DNA of 64,000 bases, from NCBI GenBank assembly GCA_014323835.1, contig JACONH010000001.1, positions 91,009 through 155,008 on the forward strand. The letters run 5' to 3'. A program made the position numbers and the translations under genes. The DNA comes from Alphaproteobacteria bacterium GM202ARS2 (GTDB taxonomy: Bacteria; Pseudomonadota; Alphaproteobacteria; GM7ARS4). Positions 27,085 through 36,122 of this stretch are shown in pieces (the stretch's first letter is position 1; every line of letters starts with the position of its first letter). Under the pieces are notes generated by a model that saw only the letters and a program-made list of their open reading frames with translations, was not told where the DNA came from and ran no database searches.

Positions 27085-27155
27085 AGCGGGTGATGGGAAT
27101 CGAACCCACGTAACCAGCTTGGAAGGCTGGGGCTTTACCATTAAGCTACACCCGC
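27085..27155 (-). tRNA. trnG: tRNA-Gly (anticodon UCC)
   Basis: Reverse complement GCGGGTGTAGCTTAATGGTAAAGCCCCAGCCTTCCAAGCTGGTTACGTGGGTTCGATTCCCATCACCCGCT. Anticodon loop CTTCCAA; T-loop TTCGATT. Confidence 0.88.
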
Positions 27156-27170
27156 ATCCCTCCCTCACCA

Positions 27171-27188
27171 ATGTTTCACGTGAAACAT
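27171..27188. promoter_or_regulatory. Perfect 18-bp palindrome ATGTTTCACGTGAAACAT (isolated copy 1), followed by TTGACT
   Basis: Read directly from the sequence. Lies 16 bp from the tRNA-Gly 5' end, in the divergent tRNA-Gly/tuf-ybaN intergenic region. Confidence 0.6.
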
Positions 27189-27269
27189 GTTGACTGATTT
27201 ATGTCATTCTACCCGCTGAAACAAGCTTTTTGTCAAAAAAAGCAGTTAGGTGCAAAATCCTAGTATATA

Positions 27270-27287
27270 ATGTTTCACGTGAAACAT
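27270..27287. promoter_or_regulatory. Perfect 18-bp palindrome ATGTTTCACGTGAAACAT (isolated copy 2), preceded by TAGTATATA
   Basis: Read directly from the sequence. Same 18-mer as at 27171 and as in the 60153-60374 array. Confidence 0.6.
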
Positions 27288-27473
27288 TTTGCAAAAACGT
27301 CCACCATAAAACATTTTGTAGTATTTATGTATCACATGAGGTTTTTTTAGTCGAGCAACGTAAGGCGTGTTTGTTGTCAAAAATGTTCTTGCTCATCGTC
27401 TTTGCGTTTCGTATGGGTTTGTGATACAACCACTCCTCTTCTTTCGACACAAACAAGGGAAGGATACCAGTCG

Positions 27474-27743
27474 ATGTGGGTAACGATGATACTGATGAAA
27501 TCTGTGCGTATGACGCGCCGTGGGCTTGTGCGTGCTCGTAACTGGATATTGTTTGGTTTGGGCTGGTGCTTTTTTGGCTTGGGGATGGTCGGCACAGTGG
27601 TGCCGGGCATGCCCACAACCATTTTTTGGATTATTGCCACGTGGTTTTTTACCCATTCGTGTCCGTGGATGACCAAGAAGATTTATGCTATGGGGCCCAT
27701 TGGAGCGATTATCCGCCGTTTTAATCAGCGTATTGGTCTCTAA
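27474..27743 (+). CDS. YbaN-family (DUF454) small inner-membrane protein
   Basis: GMVGTVVPGMPTTIFWIIATWFF matches the YbaN signature. Putative RBS AAGGGAAGG precedes the ATG at 27474. Confidence 0.65.
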   Translation: MWVTMILMKSVRMTRRGLVRARNWILFGLGWCFFGLGMVGTVVPGMPTTIFWIIATWFFTHSCPWMTKKIYAMGPIGAIIRRFNQRIGL

Positions 27744-27771
27744 GAGGGTTATGCGGGGTCGTGTGTGAGCC

Positions 27772-28338
27772 ATGAAGCGTTTAAGTGTTGTTGTTCTGTT
27801 GTCTGTTGTCGCGTCTTGTGCGCATACCGTTGAAGAGCCCGCCTACCGAGTCGTCAAACGTGTGGGGGATTCCATCGAGCTGCGGGTCTATGAGCCTGCC
27901 TTACAGGCTGAAGTGATTGCAACAGGCGACCGTGATAACAGTGCCAACACTGCTTTTCGTATCCTGTTTAACTACATTACGGGCGAGAACCAACGAGCCC
28001 AAGACATTGCTATGACCGCGCCTGTGGCGCAACAGCCGAACAATGCGGATACGTGGCGGGTTGCCTTTTATATGCCTCAGCAGTTTTCTCGGGCGGATGT
28101 GCCGCAGCCAACGGACTCGAGGGTTACCATTAAGCGCGTTCCCTCTCGCAAGGTTGCGGTGTTGCGTTTTTCTGGTCGGCACAGCGATTCGAACTTTAAT
28201 AGCCATGCCGAGCGTCTGCGCGGTTATTTACGCAAAAAGGCTATTGCCTTCCAAGAGCCACCCATATTTGCCTATTATGACCCGCCTTTCCAGCTGTGGT
28301 TCTTGCGCCGCAACGAAGTCATGTATGTTCTGCCCTAA
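27772..28338 (+). CDS. SOUL/HBP-family haem-binding protein (secreted)
   Basis: 188 aa with signal peptide; resembles the SOUL family (…YEPALQAEV…RILFNYITGEN…). Confidence 0.65.
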   Translation: MKRLSVVVLLSVVASCAHTVEEPAYRVVKRVGDSIELRVYEPALQAEVIATGDRDNSANTAFRILFNYITGENQRAQDIAMTAPVAQQPNNADTWRVAFYMPQQFSRADVPQPTDSRVTIKRVPSRKVAVLRFSGRHSDSNFNSHAERLRGYLRKKAIAFQEPPIFAYYDPPFQLWFLRRNEVMYVLP

Positions 28339-28346
28339 GGTGCTTC

Positions 28347-29207
28347 ATGGTTAGGCGTTGTTTATTAGCCGTCTCGATGGTGCTGATGCTGGCAGACGAA
28401 GCCCATTGCTCGCCTGAAGCTGCCTCAGGCGCTAATAGTGAGCTTATAAAACCCTTATGGGAGTGGGGCATTGGCGGCGCGACGGCTTATGTGCCTGATT
28501 ATCCTGCCTCTGATAGCTATCAGCTGCGGGGGCTTGGTATCCCGTATGTGATTTATCGTGGTGACATTGTGCGAGTCGGTGATGGCGGCGTGCGGGCGAT
28601 GGCGGTGGATGACCCCACGTTTGAGTTGGATCTATCGCTGTCGGGGGCGTTGAATGCTGATTCGGACGATAATGAGGCGCGCCGCGGTATGCCAGACCTT
28701 GATTTTCTTGTGGGCTTGGGCCCGCAGCTGTTAATCGATTTGACGGACAAGATGGCGCGTCATCATTGGGATGTGCGGTTTCAGAGTCGGTCGATTTTTG
28801 CGATTAATTTCGATCGGTTTAAGCATCAGGGCTTTATCTTTGAGCCGCGTCTGACGTATCGGGGGCGGGATGTTTTCGCTAAGGGGCATAATGTTGTTGT
28901 GTCGCTGAATGTCGCTTTTGCTACGTCTAAGCTGCATCGTTATTTTTATGAGGTGCCTGAACCTTATGCTTTAGCGACGCGCCCGGCGTATCGGGGTAAA
29001 GGCGGATATTTTGGCACGGGGCTGTTTTTGGGGAACAGCTTGCGCCCGCATCCGCGCTGGCGTTTGTTTGTCGGTGCTCGATTTGGCTACTATGGCCGGG
29101 CTGCCAATAGCGATAGCCCCCTATTCAAAGCACCCTGGACGTATAGCCTGTTCTTCGGCTTGGCTTGGACAATACAGGAAAGCGAAGAGACAGTCATGAG
29201 ACCGTGA
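28347..29207 (+). CDS. mipA: MipA/OmpV-family outer-membrane protein
   Basis: WEWGIGGATAYVPDYPASDSY...GIPYVIYRGD, typical of MipA/OmpV scaffold proteins. Confidence 0.7.
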   Translation: MVRRCLLAVSMVLMLADEAHCSPEAASGANSELIKPLWEWGIGGATAYVPDYPASDSYQLRGLGIPYVIYRGDIVRVGDGGVRAMAVDDPTFELDLSLSGALNADSDDNEARRGMPDLDFLVGLGPQLLIDLTDKMARHHWDVRFQSRSIFAINFDRFKHQGFIFEPRLTYRGRDVFAKGHNVVVSLNVAFATSKLHRYFYEVPEPYALATRPAYRGKGGYFGTGLFLGNSLRPHPRWRLFVGARFGYYGRAANSDSPLFKAPWTYSLFFGLAWTIQESEETVMRP

Positions 29208-29283
29208 TCTATTGACGAGCAATGACTTAAAGGGCTAATAACGATAAACACACAGAAAAACCAACAAATGAGGAGATAGAAAG

Positions 29284-30227
29284 ATGGCAAATTGGTTGCA
29301 TGACGCAGTGTTCGAATATCTTAAGGAAAATTTTGGTACAAAGTTTACGACTCGGGAGGTTGGCATATCGATTCTGCAAAATCCGAAATATGAAAGAATA
29401 CTCGCTGAAAAATGGAAAAAATCTATACAGCCAACTGATACCTTTGGAGAAAAACTTATAATAATCTCAGCTGAGATATCTTCTTGGCACAAGGAATTCA
29501 TCAAAAAAAATCTCCTTATATTAAATCAACTGAGGAACGTCCACGTCGATACCATTACAGTGAATCTAATGATGACGATGAGTCTTCCTCTCTTCAAACA
29601 AAACAAGGTCGTAAAAAAGTAACAGAGCATGACCTTTACCCCAAGCTGACAAAATTTCTATGGAGGGAGTTCGAAATCAACAGCAAACGCATTGATGAAA
29701 GACAATCCAGTAACGTGGGAGGAACTAACGCGAACAAATGGCTTTATCCTGACCTTGTCGGCATAGAAAATCTCAGCCGAGATTGGCGAGATGATATAAA
29801 AAAAGTTGTTGAGGCTCATGAAGATAAAAAAGCCAAGCTCTGGTCTTTTGAAGTCAAACTCAAAATTACCAGCTCGAATGTTCGCGAGTATTTCTTTCAG
29901 GCAGTCAGCAATTCCTCGTGGGCAAACTATGCCTATCTGGTAGCCAGTGAAATATCAACCGCGCACGATGAAAGAGTGATGAAGGAATTACGCATGCTTT
30001 CCAGCCTACACGGTGTTGGCGTTATTTTGTTAAACTATGAAAATCCTGCTGAGAGTATAGTTAAAATACCCGCACAAGAACGCTCCTCTATTGATTGGAA
30101 TGTTGCTAATAGATTGGCGGAGTCCAGTAAAGACTTCGCCAAATATATCGAATCGGTGTTTGCTTTTTATAAGACGGACAAAATACAACCTGCTGATTGG
30201 GATAAAGTAGACCTAGATAGCGAGTAG
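29284..30227 (+). pseudogene. mrr: Mrr-like type IV (modification-dependent) restriction endonuclease, split by a frameshift in an A8 homopolymer (29503-29510). AT-rich relative to its surroundings
   Basis: Two overlapping ORFs, 29284-29622 (frame 1) and 29484-30227 (frame 3), join across the A8 run. The N-terminus resembles the Mrr_N winged helix. The C-terminus has a PD-(D/E)xK signature (YPDLVGIE...FEVKLK...QAVS) resembling Mrr_cat. Putative RBS GAGGAGATAGAAAG precedes the ATG. Confidence 0.6.
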
Positions 30228-30242
30228 TTTTCTGTTATTGGG

Positions 30243-30325
30243 TGGTGGGGGTAGGATTCGAACCTACGTAGACTTACGTCGGCAGGTTTACAGCCTGCTG
30301 CCATTGACCGCTCGGCCACCCCACC
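30243..30325 (-). tRNA. trnY: tRNA-Tyr (anticodon GUA), long variable arm
   Basis: Reverse complement GGTGGGGTGGCCGAGCGGTCAATGGCAGCAGGCTGTAAACCTGCCGACGTAAGTCTACGTAGGTTCGAATCCTACCCCCACCA, close to the E. coli tRNA-Tyr sequence as recalled from memory. Confidence 0.9.
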
Positions 30326-30396
30326 TACCAGCATAAGACTTAACCAGTCATCTATTTCTTGTCAATTGTTCCTGTTATCGTTACGTTGGCGGGATT

Positions 30397-32115
30397 ATGC
30401 GTCACGTTCTTTCTGACATACTGGCTCTGCGTCTGCACATGCGTCACATCATCGCGCCGCCCGATTTTAATCGTTGGCGCGTGCCGCCCGCCTCCATTGC
30501 CATTCATCTGTGCATTGGCTCGGTCTACGCCTGGAGTCTCTTCAATCCGCCCCTCTCCCGCGCCCTCGGCGTCGTTGCCCCTGCTGCCGATGACTGGCCC
30601 CTCGCCCACGTAGTATGGATTTTCTCCGTGGCTATCGTCAGTTTCGGTCTCGCCGCCGCTTTCGCCGGTAAATGGCTCGAAGACGTAGGGCCCCGCATGG
30701 TCGGTGTTGTCGCCGCCTGTCTATGGGGCGGCGGCTTTATCATCGGCGGATTTGGCATCCTCTATCACCAACTCTGGTTGATTTATCTCGGCTACGGCGT
30801 GTGTGGCGGATGCGGACTCGGCTTAGGTTACGTCTCCCCCGTTAGCACCTTGCTCCGTTGGTTCCCCGACAGACGCGGCATGGCAACCGGCATGGCTATC
30901 ATGGGATTCGGCGGCGGGGCTATCATCGGCGCACCCGCCATAGAAGCCCTGCTCGCCTTCTATCAACACATGCCAACCTATCTCGGCACTGCCGACACCC
31001 TAACCCTCAGCACCATCGAAGGCATCCGCTACGCTCAAACTTCCAACGGCACCCTCACAGAAGTCGTTCTCATCGGTGCCAAAGAAGCCGCCCATCTATC
31101 CACTGCCGTTGCTCCTGTTGCTCCCGGGGCGTACGTTGTCGGCACAGGCTCGACCGGGGCAGCAGCAACATTCTTTACCCTCGGAGTCGTCTATTTCTTT
31201 GTTATGGTAATTGCTGCGTTCTCCTACCGCGTGCCCGCGCAAGGATGGCAGCCGAAAAACTGGCAGCCCCCTGACGAAAGTCACGCCAAAAAACGCATGA
31301 TAACCAGCGAGCACGTCCACATCGACCAAGCCCTCAAAACGCCGCAGTTTTATCTGCTGTGGGTTTTGCTGTGCTTTAATGTATCCGCCGGCATCGGCGT
31401 CATAGGTGTCGCCAAAACCATGATGAGCGAAATCTTCGGCACAACCCTGCCCCATATTGTCGATGCTGCCTTCACCGCCCAATACGTCCTGATGATTAGT
31501 GTCTTTAATATGCTCGGACGATTCTTCTGGGCGAGTGCCTCCGACTATATAGGCCGTAAAGTCACGTATATGATTTTTCTTACCCTCGGTATTATCCTCT
31601 ATCTGTCGATTCCTTATACCGCCGAGCAAGTCAGCGTATCGCCCCATATTCAGTGGCTGATGATGTTCTACGCCGCCACAATGATAATCTTTACCATGTA
31701 TGGCGGCGGCTTTGCGACCATCCCCGCCTATCTTGCCGACATTTTCGGCACACGCTACGTAGGGGGCATTCATGGTAGGATACTGACTGCCTTAAGCGTC
31801 GCAAGTGTCCTAGGGCCCGTTGCTATCACCCAGCTGCGTGAACATTCGCGTATTCAAGCCATTGAGTCGCTGGCAACACACATCGACCCACGTCTGTTCT
31901 TACAGACCTTCGGGCAATCTATCGACCATCTAGGGATTCTCATCGAGGCAAAGACTGTCACCATTGCCTCGCTGATGGATATTGCCCCCATCGGCACCAT
32001 TGACCCGTCGCCGACTCTCTATAATACGACCATGTACGTTATGGCGTGTCTGTTGGCACTGGCGTGGCTCGCTAATATGCTGGTGCGCCCCGTGCACGCC
32101 AAGCACCACATGTAA
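30397..32115 (+). CDS. MFS transporter, oxalate/formate antiporter (OFA)-like family, paralogue 1 of 3
   Basis: 572 aa, 12 predicted TM segments. RWFPDRRGMATGMAIMGFGGG matches the OFA family. Confidence 0.8.
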   Translation: MRHVLSDILALRLHMRHIIAPPDFNRWRVPPASIAIHLCIGSVYAWSLFNPPLSRALGVVAPAADDWPLAHVVWIFSVAIVSFGLAAAFAGKWLEDVGPRMVGVVAACLWGGGFIIGGFGILYHQLWLIYLGYGVCGGCGLGLGYVSPVSTLLRWFPDRRGMATGMAIMGFGGGAIIGAPAIEALLAFYQHMPTYLGTADTLTLSTIEGIRYAQTSNGTLTEVVLIGAKEAAHLSTAVAPVAPGAYVVGTGSTGAAATFFTLGVVYFFVMVIAAFSYRVPAQGWQPKNWQPPDESHAKKRMITSEHVHIDQALKTPQFYLLWVLLCFNVSAGIGVIGVAKTMMSEIFGTTLPHIVDAAFTAQYVLMISVFNMLGRFFWASASDYIGRKVTYMIFLTLGIILYLSIPYTAEQVSVSPHIQWLMMFYAATMIIFTMYGGGFATIPAYLADIFGTRYVGGIHGRILTALSVASVLGPVAITQLREHSRIQAIESLATHIDPRLFLQTFGQSIDHLGILIEAKTVTIASLMDIAPIGTIDPSPTLYNTTMYVMACLLALAWLANMLVRPVHAKHHM

Positions 32116-32139
32116 TTTATTTTTTAGTGTTGCCCCATC

Positions 32140-33858
32140 ATGCGTCAGGTTTTTTCTGATATTTTGGCTCTGCGCCTTCATAAGCGTCACATTATTGCGC
32201 CGCCCGACTTTAATCGTTGGTGGGTGCCGCCTGCGTCTATCGCTATTCACCTGTGCATTGGCTCGGTTTATGCCTGGAGTCTGTTTAATCCGCCCCTCGC
32301 CCGTGCCCTTGGCGTTGTTGCCCCCGCCGCTGGCGACTGGGAGCTTGCCAGTATCGTCTGGGTCTTTTCTGTTGCCATCGTCTTTCAAGGTCTCGCGGCT
32401 GCTTGTGTCGGCAAGTGGCTCGAAGACGTGGGGCCCCGTATGGTCGGCGTTGTCGCCGCCTGTCTGTGGGGCGGCGGCTTTATCGTTGGCGGTTTGGGCA
32501 TACTCTATCACCAGCTCTGGCTGGTGTATCTCGGCTATGGCGTTCTAGGCGGGTGCGGAATCGGCTTGGGCTATATCTCGCCCGTCAGTATCTTGCTCCG
32601 TTGGTTCCCCGACAGACGCGGCATGGCTACAGGCATGGCTATCATGGGATTCGGCGGCGGCGCTATCATCGGCGCACCCGCCATAGAAGCCCTGCTCGCC
32701 TTCTATCAACAGATACCCACCTATCTCGGTGCTGCTGACACTCTGACCCTCAGCACGATAGAAGGGGTGCGTTACGTCCAAAACACCAGTGTCACCCTAA
32801 CAGAAGTCGTCCTTATCGGTGCCAAAGAAGCGTCTCAACTAGCAACACCCGCTCAGCCCGTTGCCCCCGGGGTGTATGTTGTCGGCACAGGTTCGACCGG
32901 CACGGCCGCGACATTCTTCACGCTTGGCGTTGTCTATTTCATCGTTATGATTATTGCGGCATTTGCTTACCGTGTGCCCGCTAAGGGCTGGCTGCCGAAA
33001 AACTGGCAGCCCCCTGACGAGAGTCAGGCAAAAAAACGCATGATGACGACACAGCACGTCCACATCGACCAAGCCATGAAAACACAGCAGTTCTATCTGT
33101 TGTGGCTCGTGGTGTGCTTGAATGTCACCGCAGGTATCGGCATTTTGGGCGTCGCTAAAACCATGATGAGCGAAATCTTCGGCACAACCCTGCCCCATAT
33201 TGTCGATGCTGCCTTTACCGCACAGTATGTCCTGATGATTAGCGTCTTTAACATGCTCGGACGATTCTTCTGGGCAAGTGCCTCCGACTATATCGGACGC
33301 AAAATCACCTACACGATTTTCTGTGTGCTCGGTATTTTCCTTTATCTGTCGATTCCTTATACGGCCCAGCACGTCAGCGCATCCCCGCATGTCCAGTGGC
33401 TGGTGATGTTCTATGCGGTAACCATGATGATTTTCACCATGTATGGCGGCAGCTTAGCAGCCATCCCCGCTTATCTTGCTGACATTTTTGGCACACGTTA
33501 CGTGGGGGGCATCCACGGCAGACTGCTCACTGCCCTCAGTGCTGGGGGTGTCTTGGGGCCCGTTGCCATCACCCAGCTGCGCGAATACACCCGTATTCAA
33601 TCTATAGAGTCTCTTGTTGCACGCATCGACCCGCAGCTGTTTCAACAAACATTCGGACAAACCATCGACCAACTGCCTCTTCTTATCGAAGCCCACACTG
33701 TGACCATTGCTGCCCTGATGGACATTGCCCCCATAGGCACCATTGATCCATCGCCGACTCTCTATAATACGACCATGTATGTTATGGCTTGTCTGTTGGC
33801 AGTCGCGTGGCTCGCCAACACGCTGGTGCGCCCTGTTCACACCAAACACCACATGTAA
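32140..33858 (+). CDS. MFS transporter, OFA-like family, paralogue 2 of 3
   Basis: Same length (572 aa) as paralogue 1 and near-identical to it. Confidence 0.8.
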   Translation: MRQVFSDILALRLHKRHIIAPPDFNRWWVPPASIAIHLCIGSVYAWSLFNPPLARALGVVAPAAGDWELASIVWVFSVAIVFQGLAAACVGKWLEDVGPRMVGVVAACLWGGGFIVGGLGILYHQLWLVYLGYGVLGGCGIGLGYISPVSILLRWFPDRRGMATGMAIMGFGGGAIIGAPAIEALLAFYQQIPTYLGAADTLTLSTIEGVRYVQNTSVTLTEVVLIGAKEASQLATPAQPVAPGVYVVGTGSTGTAATFFTLGVVYFIVMIIAAFAYRVPAKGWLPKNWQPPDESQAKKRMMTTQHVHIDQAMKTQQFYLLWLVVCLNVTAGIGILGVAKTMMSEIFGTTLPHIVDAAFTAQYVLMISVFNMLGRFFWASASDYIGRKITYTIFCVLGIFLYLSIPYTAQHVSASPHVQWLVMFYAVTMMIFTMYGGSLAAIPAYLADIFGTRYVGGIHGRLLTALSAGGVLGPVAITQLREYTRIQSIESLVARIDPQLFQQTFGQTIDQLPLLIEAHTVTIAALMDIAPIGTIDPSPTLYNTTMYVMACLLAVAWLANTLVRPVHTKHHM

Positions 33859-33929
33859 TTGACGGATAGCTCTTGTCAATGGGTGTGGTTGTCTTTACAC
33901 TTGCTTTATTTCTTTAGGAGTCCTGCGTT

Positions 33930-35648
33930 ATGCGTCAAATTTTTGCTGATATTTTAGCTCTGCGCCTTCATAAGCGTTATATCGTAGCGCCGCCCGACTT
34001 TAATCGTTGGTGGGTGCCGCCTGCGTCCATTGCCATTCATCTGTGTATTGGCTCGGTTTATGCGTGGAGTCTGTTTAATCCGCCCTTGTCACGTGCCCTC
34101 GGGGTCGTTGCTCCTGCTGCCAGCGATTGGCCCTTGGCGGATGTGGTGTGGATTTTCTCCGTTGCCATTGTGTGTTTGGGCTTTGCTGCTGCGTTTGCCG
34201 GTAAATGGCTCGAAGAAGTGGGGCCCCGTATGGTCGGCGTTGTCGCCGCATGCCTGTGGGGCGGCGGCTTTATTATTGGCGGATTTGGTATCCTCTATCA
34301 CCAGTTGTGGCTGGTGTATCTCGGCTACGGCGTTTTTGGCGGCTGCGGGCTCGGCTTGGGGTACGTCTCCCCTGTCAGCACCCTGATTCGCTGGTTCCCC
34401 GACAGGCGCGGCATGGCAACAGGCATGGCTATCATGGGATTCGGCGGCGGCGCCATGATTGGCGCACCATCCATCGAGGCTCTGCTCGCCTTCTATCAAC
34501 ATATACCCACGTATCTCGGCACAACCGATACCTTGACCCTCAGCACCATCGAAGGAATCCGCTACGCACAAAGTGCGAGTGGCACCCTAACGGAAGTCGT
34601 CCTCATCGGCGCCAAAGAAGCCGCTAACTTGACAACACCCCTTCAAACTGTCGCCCCGGGGGCTTATGTTGTCGGTACAGGCTCTACCGGGGCGGCGGCG
34701 ACATTCTTTACCTTCGGGGTCGTCTATTTCATTATCATGATTATCGCCGCGTTCTCGTATCGTGTGCCAGCAGAAGGCTGGCAGCCGAAAAATTGGCAGC
34801 CCCCTGACGAAAGTCAGGCAAAAAAACGCATGATGACGACACAGCACGTCCACATCGACCAAGCCCTCAAAACGCCGCAGTTCTATCTGTTATGGATTGT
34901 GCTGTGCTTTAACGTATCGGCTGGCATTGGCGTGCTCGGCGTTGCCAAGACCATGATGAGCGAAATCTTCGGCACAACCCTGCCCCATATTGTCGATGCT
35001 GCCTTTACCGCGCAGTATGTTTTGATGATTAGCGTCTTTAATATGGTTGGACGAGTCTTCTGGGCAAGCACCTCCGACTATATCGGACGTAAAGCCACGT
35101 ATATGATTTTCTTTACGCTCGGTATCCTTCTTTATTTGTCGATTCCCTATACGGCACAGCAAGTCAGCGTATCGCCGCATATCCAGTGGTTGGTGATGTT
35201 TTATGCTGCCACCATGATTATTTTTACGATGTATGGCGGTGGTTTTGCGACTATTCCTGCGTATCTTGCCGACATTTTTGGCACCCGTTACGTAGGCGGC
35301 ATCCACGGCAGATTGCTGACAGCGTGGAGCATGGCTGGCGTGCTGGGGCCTGTTGCGATAACGCAACTGCGCGAGCACACCCGTATTCAAGCCATAGAGT
35401 CGCTGGCAGAACGCATCGACCCCCAGCTGTTCTTGCAGACTTTTGGCCAAGCTATCGACCAGCTGCCCATTCTTATTGAGGCAAAAACTGTCACCATTGC
35501 TTCGCTGATGGAGATTGTGCCGATAGGGACGATTGACCCGTCGCCGACTCTCTATAATACGACGATGTATGCGATGGCTGGTTTGCTGGCGTTGGCTTGG
35601 ATAGCGAATGTTCTTGTGCGTCCGGTGCATGCCAAGCACCACATGTAA
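33930..35648 (+). CDS. MFS transporter, OFA-like family, paralogue 3 of 3
   Basis: 572 aa paralogue. Putative RBS TTAGGAG upstream. Confidence 0.8.
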   Translation: MRQIFADILALRLHKRYIVAPPDFNRWWVPPASIAIHLCIGSVYAWSLFNPPLSRALGVVAPAASDWPLADVVWIFSVAIVCLGFAAAFAGKWLEEVGPRMVGVVAACLWGGGFIIGGFGILYHQLWLVYLGYGVFGGCGLGLGYVSPVSTLIRWFPDRRGMATGMAIMGFGGGAMIGAPSIEALLAFYQHIPTYLGTTDTLTLSTIEGIRYAQSASGTLTEVVLIGAKEAANLTTPLQTVAPGAYVVGTGSTGAAATFFTFGVVYFIIMIIAAFSYRVPAEGWQPKNWQPPDESQAKKRMMTTQHVHIDQALKTPQFYLLWIVLCFNVSAGIGVLGVAKTMMSEIFGTTLPHIVDAAFTAQYVLMISVFNMVGRVFWASTSDYIGRKATYMIFFTLGILLYLSIPYTAQQVSVSPHIQWLVMFYAATMIIFTMYGGGFATIPAYLADIFGTRYVGGIHGRLLTAWSMAGVLGPVAITQLREHTRIQAIESLAERIDPQLFLQTFGQAIDQLPILIEAKTVTIASLMEIVPIGTIDPSPTLYNTTMYAMAGLLALAWIANVLVRPVHAKHHM

Positions 35649-36122
35649 TCAGGCGTTTTCTCGTTTCCACTGCTTTTCTTTTTCTTTTTGCCGTTTGTCG
35701 TATTTTTTACGCCCGACTGCGAGAGCCAACGACAGTTTAGCCAGCCCTCGCCGATTAAAGTGAATATTCAAAGGCACGAGGGTATAGCCTTTTTTGCGCA
35801 CCGCACCATAGATATGGCGTTGCTCTTTGGCTGTTACTAGGAGGGCTCTCGTGCGGGTGGGGTCATGGTTGCGCTCGGGCGGCGCGTGGTCGTAGGGCGC
35901 AATGTGCGCATTAATTAAAACAAGCGTGCCTTCTTTGCTGATTTGCGCATAAGACTCGGCAAGACTCACCTGACCCAAGCGCAGTGAACGCACCTCAGTG
36001 CCGCGTAGGACAATGCCCACTTCTAAGGTTTCCTCGATGGTATAATCGTAGCGCGCCTTACGATTGACCGCGACTGTCGATGACGAGTCTTTCTTTGTTT
36101 TCTTTTTAGGGGCAGATGTCAT
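35649..36122 (-). CDS. smpB: SsrA-binding protein SmpB
   Basis: 157 aa; NRKARYDYTIEETLEVGIVLRGTEVRSLR is the SmpB signature. Confidence 0.9.
   Translation of the reverse strand: MTSAPKKKTKKDSSSTVAVNRKARYDYTIEETLEVGIVLRGTEVRSLRLGQVSLAESYAQISKEGTLVLINAHIAPYDHAPPERNHDPTRTRALLVTAKEQRHIYGAVRKKGYTLVPLNIHFNRRGLAKLSLALAVGRKKYDKRQKEKEKQWKRENA

Noticed and set aside
25835-27193. 452-aa plus-strand ORF antisense to tuf
   Set aside because: It lies entirely within the EF-Tu coding region on the opposite strand. The translation is low-complexity with no recognisable domain. This is a typical antisense artefact of a highly expressed GC-biased gene.
27190-27236. Sigma70-like promoter for tRNA-Gly-tuf on the minus strand (TTGACA at 27231-27236)
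   Set aside because: A perfect -35 hexamer exists. The best -10 candidate (TAGAAT, reverse complement of 27206-27211) would need a 19-bp spacer. With a 17-bp spacer the -10 reads GGTAGA. This is too weak to call without transcription-start data.
31096-35642. Long minus-strand ORFs (31096-31773, 32839-33390, 34890-35642) inside each MFS paralogue
   Set aside because: They are antisense to conserved transporter genes. They recur at the same relative position in each copy, as expected from codon periodicity. They have no RBS or known fold.
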